A stretch of DNA of 64,000 bases from the NCBI GenBank assembly GCA_002069125.1, contig MVZN01000001.1, positions 71,696 through 135,695 of the forward strand. Reading direction: 5' to 3'. This DNA is from Spirochaetes bacterium ADurb.BinA120 (GTDB lineage Bacteria > Spirochaetota > UBA4802 > UBA5368). Both the position numbers and the translations under genes were made by a program. The first letter of the stretch is position 1, and each line of letters opens with the position of its first letter. This document shows positions 30,974 to 39,246 of the stretch, piece after piece. The notes beneath the pieces were generated by a model that saw only the letters and a program-made list of their open reading frames with translations, was not told the DNA's origin and searched no databases.

Positions 30974-32142
30974 AAGAAATCGCGCTCCTCGAGCTTTTTT
31001 TTAATGGCCGCGATCTGCGCCTCGTTGCTGATGATCTTTGTCATCCTCCGCTCCTTGTCCACCTCCAGATCGACCTGTATGGGTTTCCGGTGAAAACTGA
31101 CCGCCAGCCTGTTGCCTTCGCGTACGAACTTGCAGAAGACCGTCACCCGGGGCTTAAGGTAATCCCTCTGTCCCAGGTCGCGTATTACGGCCAGCTCCTG
31201 GGTGCTGAGCTCGCAGAAATCGTTTTTGGTGTAGAAGCCCTGCGAGTGATTGAGAATCGGGGCGACCCCGTTGATGAAGGCGCTGATGATGTCGTAATCG
31301 AAATGCGAACCGATGGTGTTCACGATGGCCTTGAGGGCGTATTCCACCGAAATGGCGTCGCGATAGGGACGTTTCGAGGTGAGAGCGTCGTAGATATCGC
31401 AGATGGAAACGATCTTGGGGAAGTCGGGCAGGTTTTCGTAGGGGAGGCCGTAATATCCCTGGTTATTGTACTTCTCGTGGTGAAAAAGAACCGATTGGAG
31501 GACTATGGGGCTTATCCGCTCCATGTTCTTAAGTATTTCGTATCCGAGCTGCGGATGTCGCTTCATCTTCTGCGTCTCGGTGATGGTGAGCTTGCCCTCC
31601 TTGTTGAGCAACTGTTTATCTATGCGGGTCTGGCCGATGTCGTGCAGATAGGAGCCGAGGGCGATGTATTTGATTTCGTCGAGCGTGAAGCCGCCGTGCT
31701 TTCCGGCGAAAAGCGCGGCCAGAATGCCGACATTTACGGAATGATTGTACAGGTACTCGTCGTGGGACTTCATCTCTTTAAGGAGCTCGACCGCCTCGAT
31801 GTCGGTGGTATTGAGGTCGTGCACTATCTCCTCCACCACCTTTTCGGCGTCGTGAAGCGTGGCGCGCGAGAGTTTCTCGGTGTTCATGATCTCTTCCATG
31901 ATCTCGCGCGATTTGTTGTACGCTATCTTCATCCGATAGGATGGTATGACTGCCCGCTCTCCGGTGTCGGTATAATAGAGGATATGGCCGTATTTTTCGG
32001 TGATTTGGGTAATCTTATCCGCGGTGAGCAATACGCGGGCCTCCAGTACCATCTCGCCGCTTTTTGAATATAACGGATAGATGAAACTGTTGTTCGGCCG
32101 CAGATAGTGGAGGTCCACCTTTATCTTTCTCGCGACCATCAT
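30970..32142 (-). CDS. HD-GYP domain phosphodiesterase (cyclic-di-GMP signalling) with N- and C-terminal extensions
   Basis: HDIGQ, HHEKYNNQGYYGLPYE (HD-GYP variant) motifs. Confidence 0.8.
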   Translation of the reverse strand: MMVARKIKVDLHYLRPNNSFIYPLYSKSGEMVLEARVLLTADKITQITEKYGHILYYTDTGERAVIPSYRMKIAYNKSREIMEEIMNTEKLSRATLHDAEKVVEEIVHDLNTTDIEAVELLKEMKSHDEYLYNHSVNVGILAALFAGKHGGFTLDEIKYIALGSYLHDIGQTRIDKQLLNKEGKLTITETQKMKRHPQLGYEILKNMERISPIVLQSVLFHHEKYNNQGYYGLPYENLPDFPKIVSICDIYDALTSKRPYRDAISVEYALKAIVNTIGSHFDYDIISAFINGVAPILNHSQGFYTKNDFCELSTQELAVIRDLGQRDYLKPRVTVFCKFVREGNRLAVSFHRKPIQVDLEVDKERRMTKIISNEAQIAAIKKKLEERDFF

Positions 32143-32350
32143 TCCTTCCTTTGTTTCAATGGATTAATACGGGTAGCTTTCCCCGCATTTGTCAAGCGAA
32201 AGACGCCCGTACAATGAAGACGTTTCGCACCTGAAATATAACGGTTTTTTTTCGGAAAAAACTAAAATTTCCGTCTACGAGGCCGTAGGCGGGATGCTTC
32301 TGGAAAAAGGCTTGATTTACGGGAACGCGGGGCCGTACAGTACACGGACC

Positions 32351-33979
32351 ATGGACCAGCTTCCGGGCGAATATCGAATCGTAAAAATATTCTTTCGGTT
32401 TTTTTCTTCGAGGGCTCTAGCGCTCGCGGTTGCGCTTTCGCTTCCAATCGGATGCGGTGACTTCTCGTCAGTGCGCGACCGGCATACGCTGTACATACAT
32501 CTTGGTTCCGAGCCGGGGCATCTCAATCCCATCACCTCCACCGAGGCCGTTGCCTCGTCCATCAACCAGCACATCTACGAAACGCTTCTCGACCGCGATT
32601 ACGATACCGCCGAACTCGTTCCTCAGCTCGCCGAGTCGTGGTCCATATCGCCGGACAGGCTGCGCTACCGCTTCAGGCTTAAAAAGGGCGTATTCTGGAG
32701 CGACGGCGTGGAGCTCACGGCGGACGATATCATTTATTCATTCAGGACCATTAAGGACCCAAAGGTGGCCTGCGCACCCCTTAAGGTGTATTACATCGAT
32801 GTGCGGGAGGTTCGTAAAATCGACCGCTACACCGTGGAGTTCCTATATTCCAAACAGTACTTCAGAGCCCTGGAGATCTGCGGAACCATTCCCATCGTGC
32901 CTGAGCATATCTTCGCCGACGGCACCGACTTCAACACGCATAAAAACAACCGCTTCCCGGTTGGGACCGGGCCTTACAGGTTCGAGCGCTGGGACACGGG
33001 GAAGCGCATAGTGCTCGTCCGAAACGACAGCTACAAGGGGAAGGCGCCCGATCTGCATCGCATAGTGTATCGAATCGTGGCCGAGCCCAATATCGCGCTT
33101 CAAATGGTTAAAAAAGGAGAGATGGACATGATGTCTGTGCGCGCCATACAATGGGTGCGCCAGACTAATTCCGACAGGTTCGTAAAAAATTTTTACAAAC
33201 TCCAGTATTACCTGCCAACCTATAATTACATCGGCTGGAACGCGGCGCGGCCCCTTTTCGCGGATCGGCGGGTCCGGCTTGCCATGACGCACCTGATAAA
33301 CCGCGATGCGATACTCGACAAGCTGCTCTTCGGTATCGGCGAGGTCGTAAGCGGGTCGTCTTATATCTACAGCAAGGGCTACGATAAAAGCATAAAGCCC
33401 TGGCCCTACGACCCGGAGCGTGCGCGTGAGCTTCTGGCGCGTGCCGGCTGGCGCGATACGGACGGCGACGGCATTCTGGACCGGGCGGGCAAAAAGTTCG
33501 CGTTTACCTTTACCATTCCCTCGGGGAGCAAGTTCGCCGAGCGCCTGGGCACCATCATGAAGGAGGACCTCTCGAAGGTCGGAATCGAGATGGACATCAA
33601 CCGCTACGAGTGGGCCGTGTTCGTACAGAAGCTGCACCAGCGCGATTTCGACGCAGTCACCCTGGCCTGGTCGCTCTCATGGGAAGACGACCCATATCAG
33701 CTCTGGCATTCGACGCAGGTGGCGGGCGGATCCAATTTCTGTTCGTTTAAGAACGCCGAGGCCGACGACCTCATCATCCGCCTGCGAAAGGAATTCGACG
33801 AGAAAAAAAGAATCAGGATGTACCACCGCTTTCATCGAATTCTCCACGAAGAGCAGCCGTACACCTTCCTGTACTGCACTCCCGCGCAGGTCGTCGTCAG
33901 CAAACGCTTCAGCGACGTAAAGGTGCACCTGCGCGGCCTCAACTATCTCGAATGGAAGGTCGCCGCGATCGATGATTAA
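32351..33979 (+). CDS. peptide/nickel ABC transporter substrate-binding protein (family 5, OppA/DppA-like), secreted
   Basis: family-5 SBP length and architecture; signal peptide at proposed ATG 32351 (ORF open from 32189). Confidence 0.85.
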   Translation: MDQLPGEYRIVKIFFRFFSSRALALAVALSLPIGCGDFSSVRDRHTLYIHLGSEPGHLNPITSTEAVASSINQHIYETLLDRDYDTAELVPQLAESWSISPDRLRYRFRLKKGVFWSDGVELTADDIIYSFRTIKDPKVACAPLKVYYIDVREVRKIDRYTVEFLYSKQYFRALEICGTIPIVPEHIFADGTDFNTHKNNRFPVGTGPYRFERWDTGKRIVLVRNDSYKGKAPDLHRIVYRIVAEPNIALQMVKKGEMDMMSVRAIQWVRQTNSDRFVKNFYKLQYYLPTYNYIGWNAARPLFADRRVRLAMTHLINRDAILDKLLFGIGEVVSGSSYIYSKGYDKSIKPWPYDPERARELLARAGWRDTDGDGILDRAGKKFAFTFTIPSGSKFAERLGTIMKEDLSKVGIEMDINRYEWAVFVQKLHQRDFDAVTLAWSLSWEDDPYQLWHSTQVAGGSNFCSFKNAEADDLIIRLRKEFDEKKRIRMYHRFHRILHEEQPYTFLYCTPAQVVVSKRFSDVKVHLRGLNYLEWKVAAIDD

Positions 33980-34973
33980 ATACATCCTCAAACGCCTTCT
34001 GCTCATTGTGCCCACCTTTATCGGCATAAGCCTCATCACCTATGCAATGATACGCCTTGCCCCGGGCGACTATACTACGCTTCGAGCCGGACTTCAGGGC
34101 GAGCTCAAAGCGGGAGCTATAGGCAATGAAATAATAGAACAGGAAAAGAGGCTCTACGGGCTCGACAAGCCGGTCATCGTAGGGTACTGGGACTGGTTTT
34201 CGAAACTCGTGGTGTTCGATTTCGGGACATCCCGAAAGGACGGCAGGCCCGTCGCGGAGCGTATCGGCGAGGCGCTTCCCATCACCCTGGCGCTAAACAT
34301 TATAAGCATGATAATAGTGTACATCATTTCCATTCCGGGAGGGATTCTATCGGCGCTCAAAAAGGACTCCCTCTACGACCGGGTCTCGAGCCTGATACTT
34401 TTTGTGCTCTATTCGCTGCCGTCGTTCTGGGTGGGGCTTCTGCTTCTAATGGTGCTTTCGGGCGGAGACTATCTCAACCTGTTTCCGCTGGGCGGGATAG
34501 TCTCCGACTGGGCGGAGGATTTCGGCTTTTTCGACAGGATGTTGAACATTGCCTGGCACCTAATGCTTCCCGTGGCGACCCTCACCTACGGGGGCTTCGC
34601 CTTCCTCTCGCGCTATACGCGGGCCACCATGCTCGAGGTTATAAACCAGCAGTATATCATGACTGCGCGCGCCAAGGGGCTCTCCGAGAAACGCGTGGTC
34701 CTGGTGCACGCGTTTAGAAACTCTCTCGTACCCCTTGTCACGCTTATGGCGACGATCCTCCCCGGGCTTCTTGGAGGAAGCGTCATAGTAGAATCCATCT
34801 TCTCCATCCCCGGTATGGGCATGCTCGCCTTCGAGGCGATACTAGCGCGCGACATTCCGGTCATAATGGCCATCGCCTCTATCTCCGCGGCGCTTACGCT
34901 CCTCGGCATCCTCATCGCCGATATCCTCTACGGCGTGGTCGATCCCCGCATACGGCTGGAGGCAGGGCAATGA
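33972..34973 (+). CDS. ABC transporter permease (OppB/DppB-like)
   Basis: 333 aa, 6 TM, EAA-like loop; ATGA coupling to flanking genes. Confidence 0.9.
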   Translation: MIKYILKRLLLIVPTFIGISLITYAMIRLAPGDYTTLRAGLQGELKAGAIGNEIIEQEKRLYGLDKPVIVGYWDWFSKLVVFDFGTSRKDGRPVAERIGEALPITLALNIISMIIVYIISIPGGILSALKKDSLYDRVSSLILFVLYSLPSFWVGLLLLMVLSGGDYLNLFPLGGIVSDWAEDFGFFDRMLNIAWHLMLPVATLTYGGFAFLSRYTRATMLEVINQQYIMTARAKGLSEKRVVLVHAFRNSLVPLVTLMATILPGLLGGSVIVESIFSIPGMGMLAFEAILARDIPVIMAIASISAALTLLGILIADILYGVVDPRIRLEAGQ

Positions 34974-35953
34974 TCCGCTCCCGAGGCTATTGGGCCGGCG
35001 TATGGAGGGAGTTCCGGCGCAACAGGCTTGCGCTTTCGGGCCTTGTGGTGGTGCTCGCGCTCTTTGTTGTCGCGCTGCTTGCCCCACTTTTGGCCAACGA
35101 TAAAGCCTATATCTATATCTCGCAGGGGAAGGCGTATTTCCCGATTTTATTCGAATATCCGGAGCTCGCCGGCCTAAACTTTCGCGAGGAGTCCGAAAAG
35201 GCCTTCGTCATCATGCCGCCAATTCCTTACACGAGTTCCGAGTACGATCTCGACGCCATAGTCATACCGCCCTCGGCCCGGCACATACTCGGCACGGACG
35301 AACAGGGGCGGGACCTGGCGGCACGCATGATCCATGGTACGCGCGTGTCGATACTCGTCGGCTTTATCGCGGTGTTCATCTATGTTACACTGGGCATAAT
35401 CATCGGCGCGCTCGCGGGCTATTATGGCGGCGTGGTCGACATGCTCATCTCGCGCTTCATCGAAATAATCATTTGCTTTCCGACCTTTTTTCTCATTCTG
35501 ACCATACTGGCTCTCGTCGGCCCGAGCCTTGTAAATGTCATGGTCGTAATAGGGATAACCGGCTGGACGGGAATCGCGCGCATAGTGCGCGGCGAGTTTC
35601 TAAAGGTGCGCGAGATGGAGTTCGTTCAGGCCTCACGAGCCCTTGGCGCGCGAGACCGCTCCATAATTTTCAGGCACATGCTTCCAAACTCGCTCGCGCC
35701 GGTCCTGGTTTCGGCTACCTTCGGCATAGCCTCGACCATCCTTATCGAGTCGTCCCTTTCCTTTCTGGGTTTCGGCGTACAGCCGCCCACTCCGAGCTGG
35801 GGGGATATCCTTTCGCAGTCGCGCGATTTTATGGACTTCGCCTGGTGGCTCACCCTTGTGCCGGGTTTCGCCATCTTTATCACCATAACAGCCTATAATC
35901 TGGTGGGCGAGGGCTTTCAGGACGCGATAGATCCCCGGGCTGTAAGAAAATAG
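34970..35953 (+). CDS. ABC transporter permease (OppC/DppC-like)
   Basis: 327 aa, 6 TM, conserved permease loop. Confidence 0.9.
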   Translation: MIRSRGYWAGVWREFRRNRLALSGLVVVLALFVVALLAPLLANDKAYIYISQGKAYFPILFEYPELAGLNFREESEKAFVIMPPIPYTSSEYDLDAIVIPPSARHILGTDEQGRDLAARMIHGTRVSILVGFIAVFIYVTLGIIIGALAGYYGGVVDMLISRFIEIIICFPTFFLILTILALVGPSLVNVMVVIGITGWTGIARIVRGEFLKVREMEFVQASRALGARDRSIIFRHMLPNSLAPVLVSATFGIASTILIESSLSFLGFGVQPPTPSWGDILSQSRDFMDFAWWLTLVPGFAIFITITAYNLVGEGFQDAIDPRAVRK

Positions 35954-36001
35954 GCCCCGGCTTGGGACCGAAATCCCGCTATTCGACCGGGCTTTGCGCC
36001 T

Positions 36002-36022
36002 GCGCCTGCCGGGGGCAGACCG
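36002..36022 (+). terminator. stem-loop (ctgcc-ggg-ggcag) after oppC-like gene
   Basis: GC hairpin followed by A/T-rich tract at the GC-to-AT composition switch. Confidence 0.35.
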
Positions 36023-36111
36023 AGTAGGCGAAATTATTTGCTTACATGTTTGCCAAAAAAACAAAAATGTGCTTTACATACTCATTTGTATAGTTCTTTA
36101 TAAATTTTTAA

Positions 36112-36143
36112 GGGAATCTCCAAAAATCAGCATTAAGATTCCC
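36112..36143. repeat. 8-bp inverted repeat gggaatct-N16-agattccc in the islet leader
   Basis: exact reverse-complement arms. Confidence 0.55.
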
Positions 36144-36165
36144 ATAAAATGTAACTACAGGCATA

Positions 36166-36222
36166 TTCAATAATTTGGCTTTCCCGCCCGCCTTCGGCGG
36201 ATGGGAAAACCAAATTATTGGA
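36166..36222. repeat. composite stem-loop: 11-12 bp AT-rich inverted repeat (caataatttgg / ccaaattattg) enclosing a GC-rich hairpin
   Basis: outer arms are exact reverse complements; inner ttccc gcc c gcc ttc ggc g g atgggaa pairing; ~30 nt upstream of MTase start. Confidence 0.6.
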
Positions 36223-36254
36223 GGTTGCCTTAATATTAAAGCAGGATTACGGTT

Positions 36255-37568
36255 TTGAATTCTAAAATAATTATTGGCGATAGTCGCTCAATGAGTGAGA
36301 CTCGAGATCACTCAATAGATTTAATAATAACGTCTCCCCCATACTGGCAAATTAAAGATTATGAAAACGTTAAACAAATTGGATTTGGGCAAAACCTGCA
36401 TGAATATTTAAAGGATTTATATAAAGTATGGAAAGAATGTTATAGGGTAATTAAACCTGGAAGAAGGCTATGCATTAACATCGGCGACCAATTTGCTCGA
36501 TCTATTATTTACGGAAGGTATAAAATAATTCCACTTCATTCAGAGTGTATTTCCCAATGTGAAAGTATTGGTTTCGATTTCATGGGATCGATTATTTGGC
36601 AAAAAAAAACTTCAATGAACACGACCGGCGGTGCTACAATAATGGGCTCTTTCCCTTATCCTCCCAATGGAATGGTCGAGATAGATTATGAATACATCCT
36701 TATATTTAAAAAACCGGGTGACAGTATTAAGCAAGATATAGAAATAAAAAAGAAATCTGAGATAACGAAAGAAGAGTGGAAGGAATACTTCTCCGGCCAT
36801 TGGTATTTTGGTGGCGCAAAGCAAATCGAACACCAGGCAATGTTCCCTGATGAACTCCCGAAAAGACTAATTAAAATGTTTTCCTTTTATGGTGAAACTG
36901 TTTTAGACCCATTTTTAGGAAGCGGAACGACTGTAAAAGTGGCATTAGATTTAAACAGAAACGCTGTAGGTTACGAAATCAATGGAGATTACCTATCAAT
37001 AATTAAAAATAAATTAGGTTTCCCCGAAGATTGTTTATTTTCCAATCATTCTCTTGAAATAATAAACCAGAATATAACTATTATAGAAGAGGATAATGAA
37101 GTCCAATATAATCCGAGCGTTCAAGATGCTGATTACAAGATAGATCCAAAATTATTGAAATTTAAAAAAGGAGATAATAGTTATAAAGTCGTTTCAATTG
37201 AAAATAACGACACTCTTATTCTTAATACGGGCTTAAAGGTGAAATTATTAGGAGTTATAATTGACCCTGAAAAAATCGACGAATTAGTAAATTATTTAAA
37301 CGAATTCGTATTGAAAAAAGAGGTAATTCTAAAATATGATAAAAAGTATCGTCCAGTAACAAAAGACATGATTCATGCATATGTTTATCTAAAAAACAAA
37401 ATATTCATAAATAGTTATATTCTTAAATCCGGATTTGCAAAAGTGGATACCCGTACCGACTATGATTTAAGATATAAATTTTCTAATCTAAGAGACAATA
37501 ATGGAGTAATGGATGGCAAAGGAGTGGATATTAAACAGTGCAATGAATCGGTTCCAACTAAATTTTAA
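36255..37568 (+). CDS. beta-class N4-cytosine/N6-adenine DNA methyltransferase (SPPY motif IV first, FxGSGT motif I later) fused to a C-terminal staphylococcal-nuclease (SNase/OB-fold)-like domain
   Basis: N-term IIIGDSRSM...IDLIITSPPYW, DPFLGSGTT at ~aa 218. C-term ~170 aa matches the SNase signature (VSIENNDTLIL...KVKLLGVIIDPE; ...AYVYL...NSYILKSGFAKV). TTG start at 36255; AT-rich codon usage. Confidence 0.85.
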   Translation: MNSKIIIGDSRSMSETRDHSIDLIITSPPYWQIKDYENVKQIGFGQNLHEYLKDLYKVWKECYRVIKPGRRLCINIGDQFARSIIYGRYKIIPLHSECISQCESIGFDFMGSIIWQKKTSMNTTGGATIMGSFPYPPNGMVEIDYEYILIFKKPGDSIKQDIEIKKKSEITKEEWKEYFSGHWYFGGAKQIEHQAMFPDELPKRLIKMFSFYGETVLDPFLGSGTTVKVALDLNRNAVGYEINGDYLSIIKNKLGFPEDCLFSNHSLEIINQNITIIEEDNEVQYNPSVQDADYKIDPKLLKFKKGDNSYKVVSIENNDTLILNTGLKVKLLGVIIDPEKIDELVNYLNEFVLKKEVILKYDKKYRPVTKDMIHAYVYLKNKIFINSYILKSGFAKVDTRTDYDLRYKFSNLRDNNGVMDGKGVDIKQCNESVPTKF

Positions 37569-38145
37569 AAGAAACGTTGGTGCAGTTTCCCAAGAAATCA
37601 GGAAATGTTCGCCAAGATCGGTTGAAGATTGGAAATGCTACTATTTTGAGAAGGTGCGTCCTAAAGAACATATTGAAGATTTAGGAAAGAAGCTATATAT
37701 TAAAATAACAGAAGTAATAGCCGCAGAAGTTGAAGATATTACGGAAGAAGAATGCATACAATATATGTTTAAACTTGTAATCGACCGTACTTTTGACGGA
37801 TACATGACGGAAATAAAGACTATTTACGGGCAATTACAACAAGTCATTGATTTAAAAATTGAACCGGCCCCGGATAAATGGGATAGATTATACAACATTG
37901 ATTTTTTTATAAAAGTAAAAGACAAATATATTGGGCTTCAAATCAAACCAGTAAGTGGAGTATCCCATATACCAGAAATTTTTAAAGAAAGAAACAATCA
38001 AATGTTAACTCATAAAAAATTTACTGAAGAATTTGGCGGTAAGGTATTCTATGTCTATTCTTTAAAAGACGGTGAGAAAAAGAAAATACATAATCAGGAA
38101 GTAATTCAGGGAATTCAAGACGAGATACTTTTCCTAAGCAGGTAA
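37513..38145 (+). CDS. hypothetical protein, candidate restriction endonuclease partner (PD-(D/E)xK-like D...QxK motif)
   Basis: 210 aa, GGAG RBS 6 nt upstream, overlaps MTase 3' end by 56 nt, same AT-rich codon usage; motif NIDFFIKVKDKYIGLQIKP resembles D-x(n)-(E/Q)-x-K. Confidence 0.4.
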   Translation: MAKEWILNSAMNRFQLNFKRNVGAVSQEIRKCSPRSVEDWKCYYFEKVRPKEHIEDLGKKLYIKITEVIAAEVEDITEEECIQYMFKLVIDRTFDGYMTEIKTIYGQLQQVIDLKIEPAPDKWDRLYNIDFFIKVKDKYIGLQIKPVSGVSHIPEIFKERNNQMLTHKKFTEEFGGKVFYVYSLKDGEKKKIHNQEVIQGIQDEILFLSR

Positions 38146-38185
38146 GGCCGACATCCGAGCACAACGAAACGTACCTCCTTGGTTG

Positions 38186-38194
38186 TTATCCACA
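38186..38194 (+). promoter_or_regulatory. perfect consensus DnaA box TTATCCACA upstream of lipoprotein gene
   Basis: exact 9-mer match. Confidence 0.35.
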
Positions 38195-38275
38195 TACGCC
38201 TTCGACATGTTAAGCCAAAAGGCCGTCGCAGTGTCGCATACTTTGACGTTTTCCGCGACCGAATAATTTAGTATT

Positions 38276-39238
38276 ATGAAGGTGGTGATGGCGCAGCATT
38301 CAAGCCCGAAAGGAATATCGGCGAAAAGCATCATCATGGGGGCCGCGGCCGTCCTGGTCGCGGGATTGGCCTCATGCGCCTCACTTAGAGAGGGCGATCC
38401 GGATGTATACTTCCTGTTGCCCAGGGAGTCCGATATTCCCGGATGGGAGATAGTGGACGGACCGCACCGTTTCGATAAAACGAATATGGCCCTGTATATG
38501 GAGTCCGACGCGGCACTGCTAAGGGAGTATAGAGCCTGGAGCGTGGCGATGGCGATTTACAGGCCCCTGGGGGGCAGGCCGGAAACGCTTGCAGTATGGG
38601 TTTACAGGCTTGGTTCGCCCGTAGATGCATTCGGTTTTTACGCCAGAAAGGCGGCCGCTGTAAGCGGAATACCGGCTCCGCCGCTCGGGGGGGACGACAT
38701 AACGGCCTTCAAAAGCGGCCTCCTGCTAAGAAAGGGCGCCCATTTCGTTTCGATCGTCACCGACAGGCCGGAGGCCGGGGCTGATGCGGTAATTTTCGCG
38801 CGAATCGTTCTGGACTCCATACCGCCGGTGGAATCCGACCTGCCCGAGTGGTCCGGCTTGTTCGGCGCCGATGAAAAGAGGAACGATCTCGTCTATTATC
38901 CGAAGGGGGTGACCGGTGTTCCGCTTAGTGTGGAAATGTTCGTTCGCCGGAGGCTGGTCAGGGGGGCGCCTTACGAGGTGTACTACTCGCGAAGGCCGTC
39001 GATTTCATCGGCCATGCGCGATTTTACAGCCCTGCTGGACCGCGACGGAGGCGGCTTTACGCTAGCGAGTTCCGGCGACAGGCAGGCGGCTTTCAGGCTC
39101 CGACCGGACGGCGGGTACGTGTTCGCCGCAAGATACGAGGACGTCATCTTCGGCGTTTTGTTGGCGGGGACGCTGCCGGATGGGAACAGTGTTATCGGCA
39201 TTCTTATGGATGAGATCTCCGGCGCGGGGAAGGATTGA
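38276..39238 (+). CDS. secreted/lipoprotein of unknown function
   Basis: 320 aa, signal peptide with LAGLASC lipobox-like motif. Confidence 0.6.
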   Translation: MKVVMAQHSSPKGISAKSIIMGAAAVLVAGLASCASLREGDPDVYFLLPRESDIPGWEIVDGPHRFDKTNMALYMESDAALLREYRAWSVAMAIYRPLGGRPETLAVWVYRLGSPVDAFGFYARKAAAVSGIPAPPLGGDDITAFKSGLLLRKGAHFVSIVTDRPEAGADAVIFARIVLDSIPPVESDLPEWSGLFGADEKRNDLVYYPKGVTGVPLSVEMFVRRRLVRGAPYEVYYSRRPSISSAMRDFTALLDRDGGGFTLASSGDRQAAFRLRPDGGYVFAARYEDVIFGVLLAGTLPDGNSVIGILMDEISGAGKD

Positions 39239-39246
39239 TAGGAGGC

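Larger units (their letters stand above)
36025..38150. other. ~2.1 kb strongly AT-rich islet (putative horizontally acquired restriction-modification-like module) inserted after the opp permease genes
   Basis: abrupt composition and codon-usage shift (A/T-ending codons, long A/T runs) relative to GC-rich flanks on both sides. Confidence 0.75.

Noticed and set aside
36025-38150. Mobility genes (integrase, transposase, IS ends) or a controller C-protein within the AT-rich islet
   Set aside because: Only two ORFs of meaningful size are present and neither resembles a recombinase or HTH C-protein. The inverted repeats found are in the leader, not terminal.
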